A stretch of 64,000 bases of DNA from positions 1,248,001 to 1,312,000 of the forward strand of contig CAWDEM010000008.1 in NCBI GenBank assembly GCA_963801355.1, read 5' to 3'. This stretch comes from Ignavibacteriota bacterium (lineage in GTDB: Bacteria > Bacteroidota > Ignavibacteria > UBA10030 > UBA6906). The notes under the pieces were generated by a model. That model ran no database searches. It was not told where the DNA came from and worked only from the letters and a program-made list of their open reading frames with translations. Within the stretch, counting starts at the first letter, position 1. Every line of letters starts with the position of its first letter. Made by a program: the position numbers and the translations under genes. Below, piece by piece: positions 49,756 through 59,212 of this stretch.

Positions 49756-51084
49756 TTACCGGAGGTCTTCACCCACCGCTCGTTCAAGGAGCGCCGTGCT
49801 CGCATGGTATTCGCCGACCAGCATGAAATACTCCATCTTAAGCATCTGAAGCATCCGGAAGCTGTCAAGCAGCGAGAGGAAGTCAGTCCGGTTCGTCTCA
49901 TACGATGCGAGGGCAGCTCGCAGTGATTGCTCGGTCTGGGGGAGGATAGTGTTCCGGAACCGTTCGATCTGCTCCCATTTTGATGCGGTCTTCGCCCAGG
50001 CGTCGCGAACCTCCGCCTGCACCATGTTTTTCATATCTGCAAGCGATTGCCCGGCCGCACGGGTAGCGAGTTCATTTTCCTCGATCTTCCCCGAGTACTT
50101 TCCGCTTGACCAGGGCGCGAACGGGAGGTTGATGCTGAACATGGCAGCCCACATATCCTTCCCCTCCACCATCTGCTTGTACATGCCCCGCACCATCAGA
50201 TCCGGCAAGCGTTCCCGTTGGGATGCAGCCAGCTCGGCCTTGTTCATATCCAGTTCGTAGTTCATGCCGCGCAGCTCGGGACGGTTCTCCAGCGCCGTCC
50301 TAGTGAGGGCTTCGACGGTTTCCGTTGCCTTCACCAGCGGTTCATCAGCGACACGGCCGATGGGTGTGGAGGCCGGGAGACCGCGCAGGGCATTCATCAT
50401 GGCTGTAGCGTTCGTCAGTTCCTGTTCGAGCCCGGACCGCTCGTTTTGCAGTTTTGCGAGTTCGACCTGCGTTTTGAGTACATCGCCTTGCGTAACGAGC
50501 CCCACGCTGTACTTGGCACGGGTTGATTCGATAATCTGGCCGAGGAGGCGCTGGTTCTCAGTATTGACGCCGGCGCGTAGCTGCACCGAAAGAAGCATGG
50601 CGTATGTCTTCTTGACTTCAGTCCGGAGATTGCGTTCGGCGGCCCGAGCAGATTCCCCGGCCATCCTGGCGCCGGCCGATGCCGCATCGTTCATGAGGCC
50701 CTTCTTCCCGAAGAGAGGAATCATCTGCTGGATGAAATAATCAGTCTCCATCCCATCCTTGAACGGATTGGCGGAGGTAATCGGGGTTGCGTAGAACTCC
50801 ACTCCGACCTGAGGGTCTTCCCAGGCTCCGGCCTGAGTGACACGGGTTTCCTTGCTGCTGGCACGGCTCCGTGCGGCCTGAAGTCCGGGATTGGCTCGCT
50901 CTGCCTGGGCGAGAAACGCAGAGAGAGAGGCGCTGGTGTCGTTTTGAGATGTCTGCTGGACGGTGCTCCGGACCGTTGCTGCAATCGATTCCGGCAGTCC
51001 GGGAGAATCCGTGCCCTGAGCCGCGACGGGAAAGTAGGCCAGCATCGCAAAAAAGGGCAAGAGAACAAATTCTGGTGCTTTCAT
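49756..51084 (-). CDS. TolC/CusC-family outer membrane factor
   Basis: Signal peptide, QMIPLFGK, YETNRTDFLSLLD. Confidence 0.88.
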   Translation of the reverse strand: MKAPEFVLLPFFAMLAYFPVAAQGTDSPGLPESIAATVRSTVQQTSQNDTSASLSAFLAQAERANPGLQAARSRASSKETRVTQAGAWEDPQVGVEFYATPITSANPFKDGMETDYFIQQMIPLFGKKGLMNDAASAGARMAGESARAAERNLRTEVKKTYAMLLSVQLRAGVNTENQRLLGQIIESTRAKYSVGLVTQGDVLKTQVELAKLQNERSGLEQELTNATAMMNALRGLPASTPIGRVADEPLVKATETVEALTRTALENRPELRGMNYELDMNKAELAASQRERLPDLMVRGMYKQMVEGKDMWAAMFSINLPFAPWSSGKYSGKIEENELATRAAGQSLADMKNMVQAEVRDAWAKTASKWEQIERFRNTILPQTEQSLRAALASYETNRTDFLSLLDSFRMLQMLKMEYFMLVGEYHASTALLERAVGEDLR

Positions 51085-51266
51085 ACTCTGAACTCCTCAG
51101 TTAGCCATGTACCGGCAGGAACCTGATGCGAAGTATGCTTCCACAGAGTTACAATGCCGGTAAGCCGGAAAATCTCGCGAGCGGCGAAATTGTCCAATAC
51201 ATGAACGATCGCAAGGCAATGACGGAACAGTCCCGTCACGCCCGGACTAACTTCCAGAGTTGGAGA

Positions 51267-51711
51267 TCAAATCAGGAGGGCTGCGTTGAGGAGGTACTTC
51301 TCCACAGAAGGCGTGGAAACAGGCGCAAAATCAGATGCATCGCGAGTTATGTAACACAGATCCGGTACATCAAGCCCCGGAGATGAGGCCGGTGTGATCG
51401 CAAAAGGAGTTCTTGGCTGAACTTCGGCTGATGTCTTTTCGATGATACTCGGGTCTTCCGGGAGGCCGCCAATGACAATTGTCAGGTGGCATGCGTCGTT
51501 GCTCGTCACTGCGGGCTCGCGGGCAGTGTCAGGCAAGCTTCTGCAGCAGCCGGGCGTACAGGTCTCCATGCCGCAGACGCAGCTATGCGTCCCCCATCGT
51601 GCAGTTGGAAATTACGGTGGTGAATCCTGCATTGGCCAGGAAGAAAAGAAGCAGGACCATGCTGCCGAGTGTGTTCCTATGTTTGACTAGCGCTTTCACG
51701 ATACTTGTCAT
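51267..51711 (-). pseudogene. Small Cys-rich exported leader protein (HYC_CC_PP-like), frameshifted at a G5 run
   Basis: ATG 51711 gives MTSIVK...LLLFFLANAGFTTVISNCTMG then stops. Removing one G at 51591-51595 continues THSCVCGMETCTPGCC...KYLLNAALLI*. Confidence 0.7.
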
Positions 51712-51829
51712 TATACTAAAAACGTGACAGAATAGCACCTCTGAACGATGCCAGAGAGTTCAGTGCACATCGACACTTTCCATAATAGCACCATTGGACG
51801 ATGCACAAAGCACATCAACACGCTTGATG

Positions 51830-53320
51830 CTAGCGCAATAGCATCATCCGCCGCGTTGCCACGAACTCCCCGGCTCCGCTCTGGGAGTCTCGTGCGAGGG
51901 GAGAGTTCAGTGGAAAAACCTGCAACCGATAGAAGTATAAGCCGCTGGCCATGCCCGCCGCATTCCATGTCACTGCGTAATTCCCGGGCTCCTTCTTTTC
52001 ATTCACCAGCACCGCCACCTCGCTCCCCAGAAGGTCGTACACCTTCACAATGATGAATTGTGGATCTGCAATTGAGAATCGTATCGTCGTGCTCGGGTTG
52101 AACGGATTGGGATAGTTCTGCTGCAACGCGAACGCCAACGGTCGTTCCTGTTGCACCTCCGCGATCACATTGGCAATAATTGAAGCGCTGAGATGATCGG
52201 TGCCATTCAGATCCACTTGCCTCAAGCGGTAGGCATTGCCGCCGGGCGCAGCGGAACTATCGGCAAATGCGTAGTCATGCGGAGCACTTGACGTGCCATG
52301 CCCCGGGACGAAGCTATGCGGCAATTCATTCCACACGGTTTCACTCTCATGCTTCCGCTGGACAAAGTAGCCGTAATTGTTCACTTCACTGAGAGTCCGC
52401 CATTCCAGGCGCACATGGTTGCTCTGCACGGTGCCTGCAAACGATGCGAGTTGAACCGGCAACGGGGAAGAGGTTGCAGCGATGCCGGTCGGATGGGTCG
52501 CGATAAGGGGCAGCGTCTGCACGTTCGCTCCGTTCAGGTCGGCCCTCCTGATACGCGGCACGCCGATTTCCGTCCAATACATCAGTCCGGAAGCACCATC
52601 GACGGCAATATAATTCGGCGTCGAAAGACCCGAAACGAGGCTCGTGATCGCGCCCGGGATCACCGGACGCCGTCTGATCACATTTGCATTTGCCTCCGTC
52701 CAGTAGATGTTACCGTCATTGCCGAGTGCGACGCCCACCGGCCCGTTCAGACCGGTCACCAGGTCAGCGGGTGTGGTGACCCCCGTAACGTCTCCACTCA
52801 ATATCTTCCCGGAGCTGTAGTCCGCCCAGTAAAGGTTTGTGCCGTCTACGGCAATCCCTCTGAGATTCGTTCCGCTGCCGGGGGCGAATTGGTACACCTT
52901 CTGCCTGTTCGCGCCGCCGAGATCCGACTTCTCGATCGTTGCGCCCGTCGCGAGATTGGAGGTCGTCCAATAGACCTTTGCAGCGACGGGATCAACCGCA
53001 ATACCGCGAATAACTGAACCACCCGTGTTGATCGCAACAATGCCGCCGAGATCAGGGAGGGTGCTATTCACGTTGGCATTCGTGTAGGCCAGCTCGCCGA
53101 AGTAGATCATATTGTGCACCGCATCCACTGCCACCCCCTCAGGGAGGGATTTTGCAGTGAGAGGCACTGTGGTCACATTTCCTCCTGCGAGATCCGATCT
53201 GTTTAGCGTAGGCGATGCAAAAGAAGCATCGACCCAATAGATGTATTGTCCGATTACTTCTTTACCCGGCAGCACGATCATGCCAAAGCAAAGCAGCCCA
53301 AGACCCCACGATTTCTTCAT
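51830..53320 (-). CDS. T9SS-secreted YWTD (LDL-receptor class B-like) beta-propeller protein
   Basis: Signal peptide; blades IYWVD, IYFGE, VYWTT, LYWAD, IYWTE, MYWTE; LPVQLASF linker domain; QNYPNPFNP CTD. Confidence 0.85.
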   Translation of the reverse strand: MKKSWGLGLLCFGMIVLPGKEVIGQYIYWVDASFASPTLNRSDLAGGNVTTVPLTAKSLPEGVAVDAVHNMIYFGELAYTNANVNSTLPDLGGIVAINTGGSVIRGIAVDPVAAKVYWTTSNLATGATIEKSDLGGANRQKVYQFAPGSGTNLRGIAVDGTNLYWADYSSGKILSGDVTGVTTPADLVTGLNGPVGVALGNDGNIYWTEANANVIRRRPVIPGAITSLVSGLSTPNYIAVDGASGLMYWTEIGVPRIRRADLNGANVQTLPLIATHPTGIAATSSPLPVQLASFAGTVQSNHVRLEWRTLSEVNNYGYFVQRKHESETVWNELPHSFVPGHGTSSAPHDYAFADSSAAPGGNAYRLRQVDLNGTDHLSASIIANVIAEVQQERPLAFALQQNYPNPFNPSTTIRFSIADPQFIIVKVYDLLGSEVAVLVNEKKEPGNYAVTWNAAGMASGLYFYRLQVFPLNSPLARDSQSGAGEFVATRRMMLLR

Positions 53321-53345
53321 TGTATTCCCCAGGGGATTGTGTGTC

Positions 53346-53960
53346 TTAGTTTTGTGATGGGAATACTCCCTGCAGGGCAATTATCCAATTGAGAGTGACG
53401 TACGGCTGCATGTTGTTGTGAGGCTGACTGCCACCGGAAGACTGAACTCCGCTGGCTGACATCGTCCCTGTTGCACTTCCCCCATATTGCGGGACGCCCG
53501 CTGCGTTGCGGGCAGGCAGTCCGCCGTTCGGTCTCTCGGATGTCCCGACTGATGTATCTGCACTCAGAAGGTGCGAATGTGCAGGAATTTCACTGACTGT
53601 CAACGTATGACTTTCCTCGCCGCCGGTTTGTCCGAGTATGTAGTTGCTGAGCCCGGGACCTTGCCCGGAGCTTATTGGCACGCGTCCGCGCAAATCAGGC
53701 AGAGCAAAAGTGGTTTGGCCGTTGCCGCCGTACGTCGTTCCTAGAAGGGCAAAAAGGGCCTGATTCTGGTTGATCGACAGGAGCTGACCGTTGCAGAGCG
53801 CCCACCCCTTCGGCGGAAAGTTGTAGGGAACCAGCGCGAGTTGTCCGAGAAATGGATCAGTGGCCTGGGCAAACACTGAAGGGGCGGTCGCGGCAAGCAT
53901 CAGCGCAAGACCGCATGTGGCGGCGAACCAGCCGACGTGAGTGCAAAGAGATGGCTTCAT
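53346..53960 (-). CDS. Phage tail-collar domain protein (microcystin-dependent protein-like) with signal peptide
   Basis: PFLGQL..NFPPKGWALCNGQLLSINQNQALFALLGTTYGGNGQTTFALPDLRGR...HNNMQPY..LNWIIALQGVFP. Confidence 0.9.
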   Translation of the reverse strand: MKPSLCTHVGWFAATCGLALMLAATAPSVFAQATDPFLGQLALVPYNFPPKGWALCNGQLLSINQNQALFALLGTTYGGNGQTTFALPDLRGRVPISSGQGPGLSNYILGQTGGEESHTLTVSEIPAHSHLLSADTSVGTSERPNGGLPARNAAGVPQYGGSATGTMSASGVQSSGGSQPHNNMQPYVTLNWIIALQGVFPSQN

Positions 53961-54079
53961 ACCACTTCTCCTGTTGATATGGGGTCTACCTGTTTAGCGC
54001 ATCAACATTCTGAACAGCAAATGTTCATCTTTTGTTTCCCAGACTGGTTATGCCGGCGGGACGGGACTCATGTGCTCAG

Positions 54080-54121
54080 GATAGAAACAGAAATAGCCCG
54101 TACACATCGGGCTATTTCTGT
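54080..54121 (-). terminator. Rho-independent terminator
   Basis: 14-bp perfect stem acagaaatagcccg / cgggctatttctgt (54087-54121), T-rich 3' side on the minus strand. Confidence 0.8.
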
Positions 54122-54188
54122 GACAACGCGTCACATTTGATTGAGAGATGCAGACCGTCCACCTTGCAGGCCGTCCGTCCTTGCTCCC

Positions 54189-56285
54189 TCAGCGCAGGAG
54201 GAGCATTATCCGGCTTTCAACGTACGTCCCCGCGACGAGTCGGTACCAGTACACTCCGCTTGCGAGGCCGGATGCATCGAATGTTACATCATAAGTCCCC
54301 GGGCTTCTGGGTGCATTCACGAGCACGGCCACTTCCCTTCCCAACAAGTCATACACGTTGAGTGCAACCCAGCCGGATCCCGGCTCCTGTCCCCGGGACC
54401 CTTCTGCTCCGCCTGCCACCACAAACCCGATTGTTGTGACCGGATTGAACGGGTTCGGGTAGTTCTGAAGCAGCGCGGATCCCCCGGGCACACCCGGTTC
54501 CAGGACTGACGTGACCATTTGAGAAAGCGGTCTGCGCCAGACGCCGGTGGAAGCTGTTCCTGCAAAGAGATCGGAGCCGACAGCAACAAAAGAGCGAATG
54601 TTCTTTTCAGTGATCCCCGTGTCCGCTGCGGTCCATGACGAGCCGTTGTTTGACGAAAGGAAAATACCTGAGCTCGTCCCTGCAAATATGTTCGCTCCGA
54701 CGGCTGTCAGAGCCATCACAGTCTTGCTCCCCATTCCCCCGCTTGCGTTCGTCCATTCTCCGCCGCCGTTCGTCGACCGGAACACGCCGCTGCCGTTTGT
54801 GCCGGCGTAGACGTACCCGCCGTCGGCGGCAAGAGAGTAGATGTTCAGGTTGGTAAGCCCTGTGTTGGTCTGCGCCCAGTTGACGCCGTTGTCTGTGGTC
54901 GCCCAGATTCCATCTGTATACGAACCGGCAAGGAGTCTGGTACCACTGTATGTGAGAGCGTAGATATTCGTAGGGGTGAGACCTCCGCTCGCTGATGTCC
55001 AATTCAGACCATGGTCCGTGGAACGAATGACTCCGTCCATGGCCGTCCCGGCGAAGATCCCCGCATCGCGCTCAGTAAAAGTCCGGATATACGACACCCC
55101 CCCGGAATTCGCAGGCGTCCAGGCTGTGCCACTGTTGGTGGAGAGAAAGACCCCGGAGACTGTGCCTGCGACCAGATACGAACCACTGACAATAAGCGCG
55201 GTTGCAGACCAATCTGTCACCGCGTCGTTTGCGGGGGTCCATGTCACGCCCTTGTTGGTCGTTCGGAACATACCTGCATAGTACGTTCCTGCGACGAGGT
55301 AGCTTCCACTCGCGCAGAGGCTGGAGGCTGTTGTCTGTTTGATTCCGTTGGCGGATGCCGTCCAGCTTGTGCCCTTGTTCGTGGTACGAAAGGGTCCACC
55401 TCCCTCGGTTCCGGCAAAGAGGCCGGCCGAATGAACCGCAAGCGCATGAACGCTGTTGTTGGGCAGTCCTGACTTGGCGGCAGTCCAGTTTGTACCACTG
55501 TTTGTTGAGAAGTAGACGCCGTAGGTGGACCCGGCAAAGAGATCTGTGCCATTGACGCATAGGCAGCGGACGTAGGAGCCTGCATTCCCCGCGTTGACTG
55601 CCGTCCAATTCCCACCGTAGTTGGTCGACCGGTAGACGCCGCCCCCATCCGTACCGGCGAAGAGCGTGCTCCCTAGGAATGTCAGTGCCTTGACATCCTT
55701 CGTAACCAGCCCATTGCTTTTTTGAGTCCAACCGGCTCCGCTATCCGTTGACACATAGACGCCGCCGTACCGGGTCCCGGCAAAGAGGGTATCCCTCTTC
55801 GTCTGCAGAGCCCATACGGTGTCGTTCACAAGGCCGGAGTTCACGGCGACCCAGTTTGTTCCATCGTTGGTGGAACGGAACACTCCCCCTCCCTCCGTTC
55901 CGGCAAATATCACCGTCCCATTGACTGCCAGTGCGTATACGGATTTCGTGGTCATGCCGTCTGACACCGCCAGCCAATTTGCGCCGTTGTCGGATGACCG
56001 GTATACGCCGTAGCCAATTGTACCGGCAAAGAGCAACGAGCCTTTGGCGGCGAGCGCCCGGACACCGGAGCTGACAAGCCCGGTGCTTGTCTGCGTCCAG
56101 ATGTTACCGCCGTCGGTGGAACGATACACGCCGCCCTTGTAGAGCCCAGCAAAAAGGTCCGTCCCTTTCACGGCAAGTGCCCACGCGGTTCCTCCACATG
56201 GGCCGCTCGTTTGCTGCCATTGAGCGGGCGCGGAGACATAAAGGAAAAGGAGAATGGCTGCGAGACACGAATGCACTCTGTTCAT
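54189..56285 (-). CDS. T9SS-secreted BNR/Asp-box repeat beta-propeller protein
   Basis: About 14 repeats of ~41 aa (LFAGT.G.GV.RST..G..W); GGAGG RBS; QNYPNPFNP CTD. Confidence 0.85.
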   Translation of the reverse strand: MNRVHSCLAAILLFLYVSAPAQWQQTSGPCGGTAWALAVKGTDLFAGLYKGGVYRSTDGGNIWTQTSTGLVSSGVRALAAKGSLLFAGTIGYGVYRSSDNGANWLAVSDGMTTKSVYALAVNGTVIFAGTEGGGVFRSTNDGTNWVAVNSGLVNDTVWALQTKRDTLFAGTRYGGVYVSTDSGAGWTQKSNGLVTKDVKALTFLGSTLFAGTDGGGVYRSTNYGGNWTAVNAGNAGSYVRCLCVNGTDLFAGSTYGVYFSTNSGTNWTAAKSGLPNNSVHALAVHSAGLFAGTEGGGPFRTTNKGTSWTASANGIKQTTASSLCASGSYLVAGTYYAGMFRTTNKGVTWTPANDAVTDWSATALIVSGSYLVAGTVSGVFLSTNSGTAWTPANSGGVSYIRTFTERDAGIFAGTAMDGVIRSTDHGLNWTSASGGLTPTNIYALTYSGTRLLAGSYTDGIWATTDNGVNWAQTNTGLTNLNIYSLAADGGYVYAGTNGSGVFRSTNGGGEWTNASGGMGSKTVMALTAVGANIFAGTSSGIFLSSNNGSSWTAADTGITEKNIRSFVAVGSDLFAGTASTGVWRRPLSQMVTSVLEPGVPGGSALLQNYPNPFNPVTTIGFVVAGGAEGSRGQEPGSGWVALNVYDLLGREVAVLVNAPRSPGTYDVTFDASGLASGVYWYRLVAGTYVESRIMLLLR

Positions 56286-56467
56286 GTTGACCTCCTCCGG
56301 TATTCCGGCTTCGCACATGAAGCGGTTTATGCTGCCTGCATGCGAAAGGACAACCGCCTGGAAAAATGCTGGCTTGTCCATAGGCAAAGAACTGGAATGG
56401 CGTTGGGGAATGGAAGCCGCTGCGGGGAATATAGTGAAGGCCAGGTGGAGTGTCAAACCTATCCTTG

Positions 56468-56557
56468 CACCATGACATTTCTTTTAAGCTATAACAGCAC
56501 CATGACATTTCTATTAAGCTATAACACACCATGACATTTCTAATAAGCACAATAACA
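56468..56557. repeat. Tandem repeat, 3 x ~30 bp, AT-rich, intergenic
   Basis: caccatgacatttcttttaagctataacag / caccatgacatttctattaagctataaca / caccatgacatttctaataagcacaataaca. Confidence 0.92.
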
Positions 56558-56660
56558 TGATATGTGTGCCCCCTTCAAGAAGCCCTTCTCGCTTTTGTCC
56601 TTCCTGATGAATATATTCCCCTCATCCTTACAGATCGTCAATAATATAGGGTATGAAGCG

Positions 56661-57836
56661 ATGAGGACCTCCACTCTCATGCTCCTGCTTTCCTTCCTCC
56701 TCTCCGGCACCTTCTCTTCCGGTTGTGGCAAACAGGGCAATGGCCATTCCGGAACGACACCGGAAGGCGGAAATGGGACAGCAACCGGTTCCGGCGACGA
56801 GTCCCAAAGACCTCCCATGCGCTTCCGGACGGAAGTATGCATCGATCGAACCGGAACGGGCAAAGAGGCGTTCAGGATGCTCGTACCGGCGGAGTGGAAA
56901 TTTGCGGGGGGGATCACATGGACTCTGGACAGACCCGGCATGCCCGCAACCGCCTGGCTGCGTGCGACCAATCCGGCAGCCCCCGAAGAACTGGAAGTAT
57001 TTCCGAACCAATCATTCTTCTGGTCGGACAGCCCCATGCAACAGCAGCTGTTCCCTCCCGGCACGAAGTACTTCGGCGCCGAAGTGCGAACGCCCGTCGG
57101 ACCGATCCAGGCACTGAAGTCGATCGTGCTCAGACGCTTCCGCAGCGCGGCGAAAAATCTGACAGTCACACATGAAGAGCGAATGCCTGACCTGGCCGCG
57201 GCACTCGGCGTATCATCACAGGCACCGGGAATGGGCGCTGACGGCGGAAAGATCCGTGTCAGATACACACTGGGCAAGACGGCTGTAGAGGAGGAGCTGT
57301 TTGCCCTGGTCGAGACTTTCAAGATTCCGATTCAGTCCATGTACGGGACAACCACAAGCAACTTCTGGACAGTCAGTTACATATTCTCCGTGAAAGCCCC
57401 CGAGGGCCGGCTTGATTCTCTCGGGGCGCTGTTCCGCACAATGGGTTCTTCGTTCCGCGTAAACCCTCAATGGATGAATACGTACGTGCAGGTGGTGAAC
57501 TTCCTGATTCAGAACCAGATGCGCCAGATCAGAAATGCGGGCGAGTTGAGCAGGATTATCAGTCAGACTCACCGGGAGATTTCAGATGACATGATGCGCT
57601 CCTGGGAGGAACGTCAGGGCGTGTACGACCGGCTCTCGGAACGCTTCAGTCAAAACATCCGGGGAGTGGACGCGTACTACGATCCCGTGTCGGAACGATC
57701 CGTGGAGCTTCCCTCAGGGTACCGGAACGCGTGGGTGAATGGGTTGGGTGAATATGTGATTACGGAACAGGAGGACTACAATCCGAACATCGGTTCGAAC
57801 CAGAACTGGCAGCGCATGGAGAGAAAAGATCACTAG
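56661..57836 (+). CDS. Hypothetical lipoprotein
   Basis: Hydrophobic leader with SSGC lipobox; long uninterrupted ORF with helical C-terminal part. Confidence 0.75.
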   Translation: MRTSTLMLLLSFLLSGTFSSGCGKQGNGHSGTTPEGGNGTATGSGDESQRPPMRFRTEVCIDRTGTGKEAFRMLVPAEWKFAGGITWTLDRPGMPATAWLRATNPAAPEELEVFPNQSFFWSDSPMQQQLFPPGTKYFGAEVRTPVGPIQALKSIVLRRFRSAAKNLTVTHEERMPDLAAALGVSSQAPGMGADGGKIRVRYTLGKTAVEEELFALVETFKIPIQSMYGTTTSNFWTVSYIFSVKAPEGRLDSLGALFRTMGSSFRVNPQWMNTYVQVVNFLIQNQMRQIRNAGELSRIISQTHREISDDMMRSWEERQGVYDRLSERFSQNIRGVDAYYDPVSERSVELPSGYRNAWVNGLGEYVITEQEDYNPNIGSNQNWQRMERKDH

Positions 57837-57901
57837 AAGATGCCGCAGCGGGTTGCGATGGGCCGTATAGCGTGAGAGCCCTGAGTCCCGCGATATTCCG
57901 A

Positions 57902-59092
57902 TCATCTGACCAGCAGCATTGTCCGCGTGCTTGCATGTCCCCCTGCATCCAACCGGTACAGGTAGGCCCCGCTGGATAATCCATCCGCCTCGAAGGCGCG
58001 CTCGTACCTTCCCGGCTCCAGCGTATCATCCACCACCGTCGCCACCTCCCGTCCGAGCATGTCATATATCTTGAGTGTGATGCGGGACTGATACTCTCCT
58101 CCGCCCTGACTGCCGGAGGGGAGCGAGAACCCGAAATGCGAAATGCCATTAAACGGATTGGGGTAGTTGGCAAAAAGCTCCGGGCCTGTCAGCTGCAGGG
58201 CTCCATGCTCCTCCACGCCGGTGACCGCGAGACGGATCCGGTAGACGGATGTGCCGGACGTCATATAAAGAGTCTTCCCGTCAGTATCACCCCAATTGCA
58301 GTTTGACGTTTGGCCGGGCACGAGAATAGTGTCCAGGACAGCCCCGTCTGGCCCGAAGACCCAGACACCCAGAGGTGCTGCGCAAAACAGATTTCCTTTG
58401 GCATCCACCTTCATCCCGTCAGCATAACCCGTGGGTGCTATTGCAGCAAAGCGCCGTTTGTTGGCGATTGTCGAATCATTCACCACATCCCACACATAGA
58501 CAACGCGTTCCTGGGAATTATTCACATAGAGTTTGGACTCATCGGGCGAGAAACATATCCCATTCGGGAGGGCCAGTGAACTATCGAGAAGCTGCAGCGT
58601 TCCTGCCGGACTGATCCGGTAGATTCCTGAAAATGACAGCTCTGCCTTTTCGCCGGTGGGAATATTGAACGGAGGATCGGTGAAGAAGATAGCGCCATCC
58701 GATTTCACCGCGAGGTCGTTGGGACTGTTGAGTTTCTTCCCGTTGTACAGGGTGGCGAGAGGTGTTTGAGTGCCGCTATGCTCGCGCCGGGCAACGCGCC
58801 GCAGACCGGTCTGGGCGAGGATGAGCCTGCCCTGGGCATCGAATGCCAGTCCGTTCGCGTTTGCCGACGGCCGCAGGAACACCTGCACATCCCCGGGTGC
58901 CGTCCACTTGTACACGGTATTCCCGGGAATGTCGGAGAAGAGCAGACCTGTGCTGTCGCTCCATACCGGTCCTTCCACGAACTGGAATCCCTTGGCCACC
59001 AGTTCCACGGTTGCTCCTGAGGGAACCGGAGACTGTGCCGCGGCGAGTGAAGCGATCAGAAAAATCGACCAGAGGGCTTTGCTCATTGTCAT
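57902..59092 (-). CDS. SMP-30/gluconolactonase-family protein with T9SS CTD
   Basis: FVEGPVW, LFSDIP, NSPNDL, FTDP, PNGICFSPD, DGMKVD; NYPNPFN CTD. Confidence 0.9.
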   Translation of the reverse strand: MTMSKALWSIFLIASLAAAQSPVPSGATVELVAKGFQFVEGPVWSDSTGLLFSDIPGNTVYKWTAPGDVQVFLRPSANANGLAFDAQGRLILAQTGLRRVARREHSGTQTPLATLYNGKKLNSPNDLAVKSDGAIFFTDPPFNIPTGEKAELSFSGIYRISPAGTLQLLDSSLALPNGICFSPDESKLYVNNSQERVVYVWDVVNDSTIANKRRFAAIAPTGYADGMKVDAKGNLFCAAPLGVWVFGPDGAVLDTILVPGQTSNCNWGDTDGKTLYMTSGTSVYRIRLAVTGVEEHGALQLTGPELFANYPNPFNGISHFGFSLPSGSQGGGEYQSRITLKIYDMLGREVATVVDDTLEPGRYERAFEADGLSSGAYLYRLDAGGHASTRTMLLVR

Positions 59093-59212
59093 TCTCTTTT
59101 CTTTATAATAGACCTTTGAATATGACAAGTCAAGGGGGGGCGCCCCTTCCTCTAATTTCAAGATTGCCTGTGAGCATAATCTTGCGGATATTCCTATGAA
59201 GGACAGGCACCG

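Noticed and set aside
51583-51585. TAG read-through (pyrrolysine) in the Cys-rich leader gene
   Set aside because: That frame closes again within ~16 codons, whereas a one-base shift restores a coherent protein. The MttB here has no amber codon either.
53346-53960. Tail-collar gene as evidence of a prophage or contractile injection system
   Set aside because: No capsid, terminase, sheath, tube, baseplate or integrase genes nearby.
56468-56557. 30-bp repeats as a CRISPR array
   Set aside because: Head-to-tail copies without spacers.
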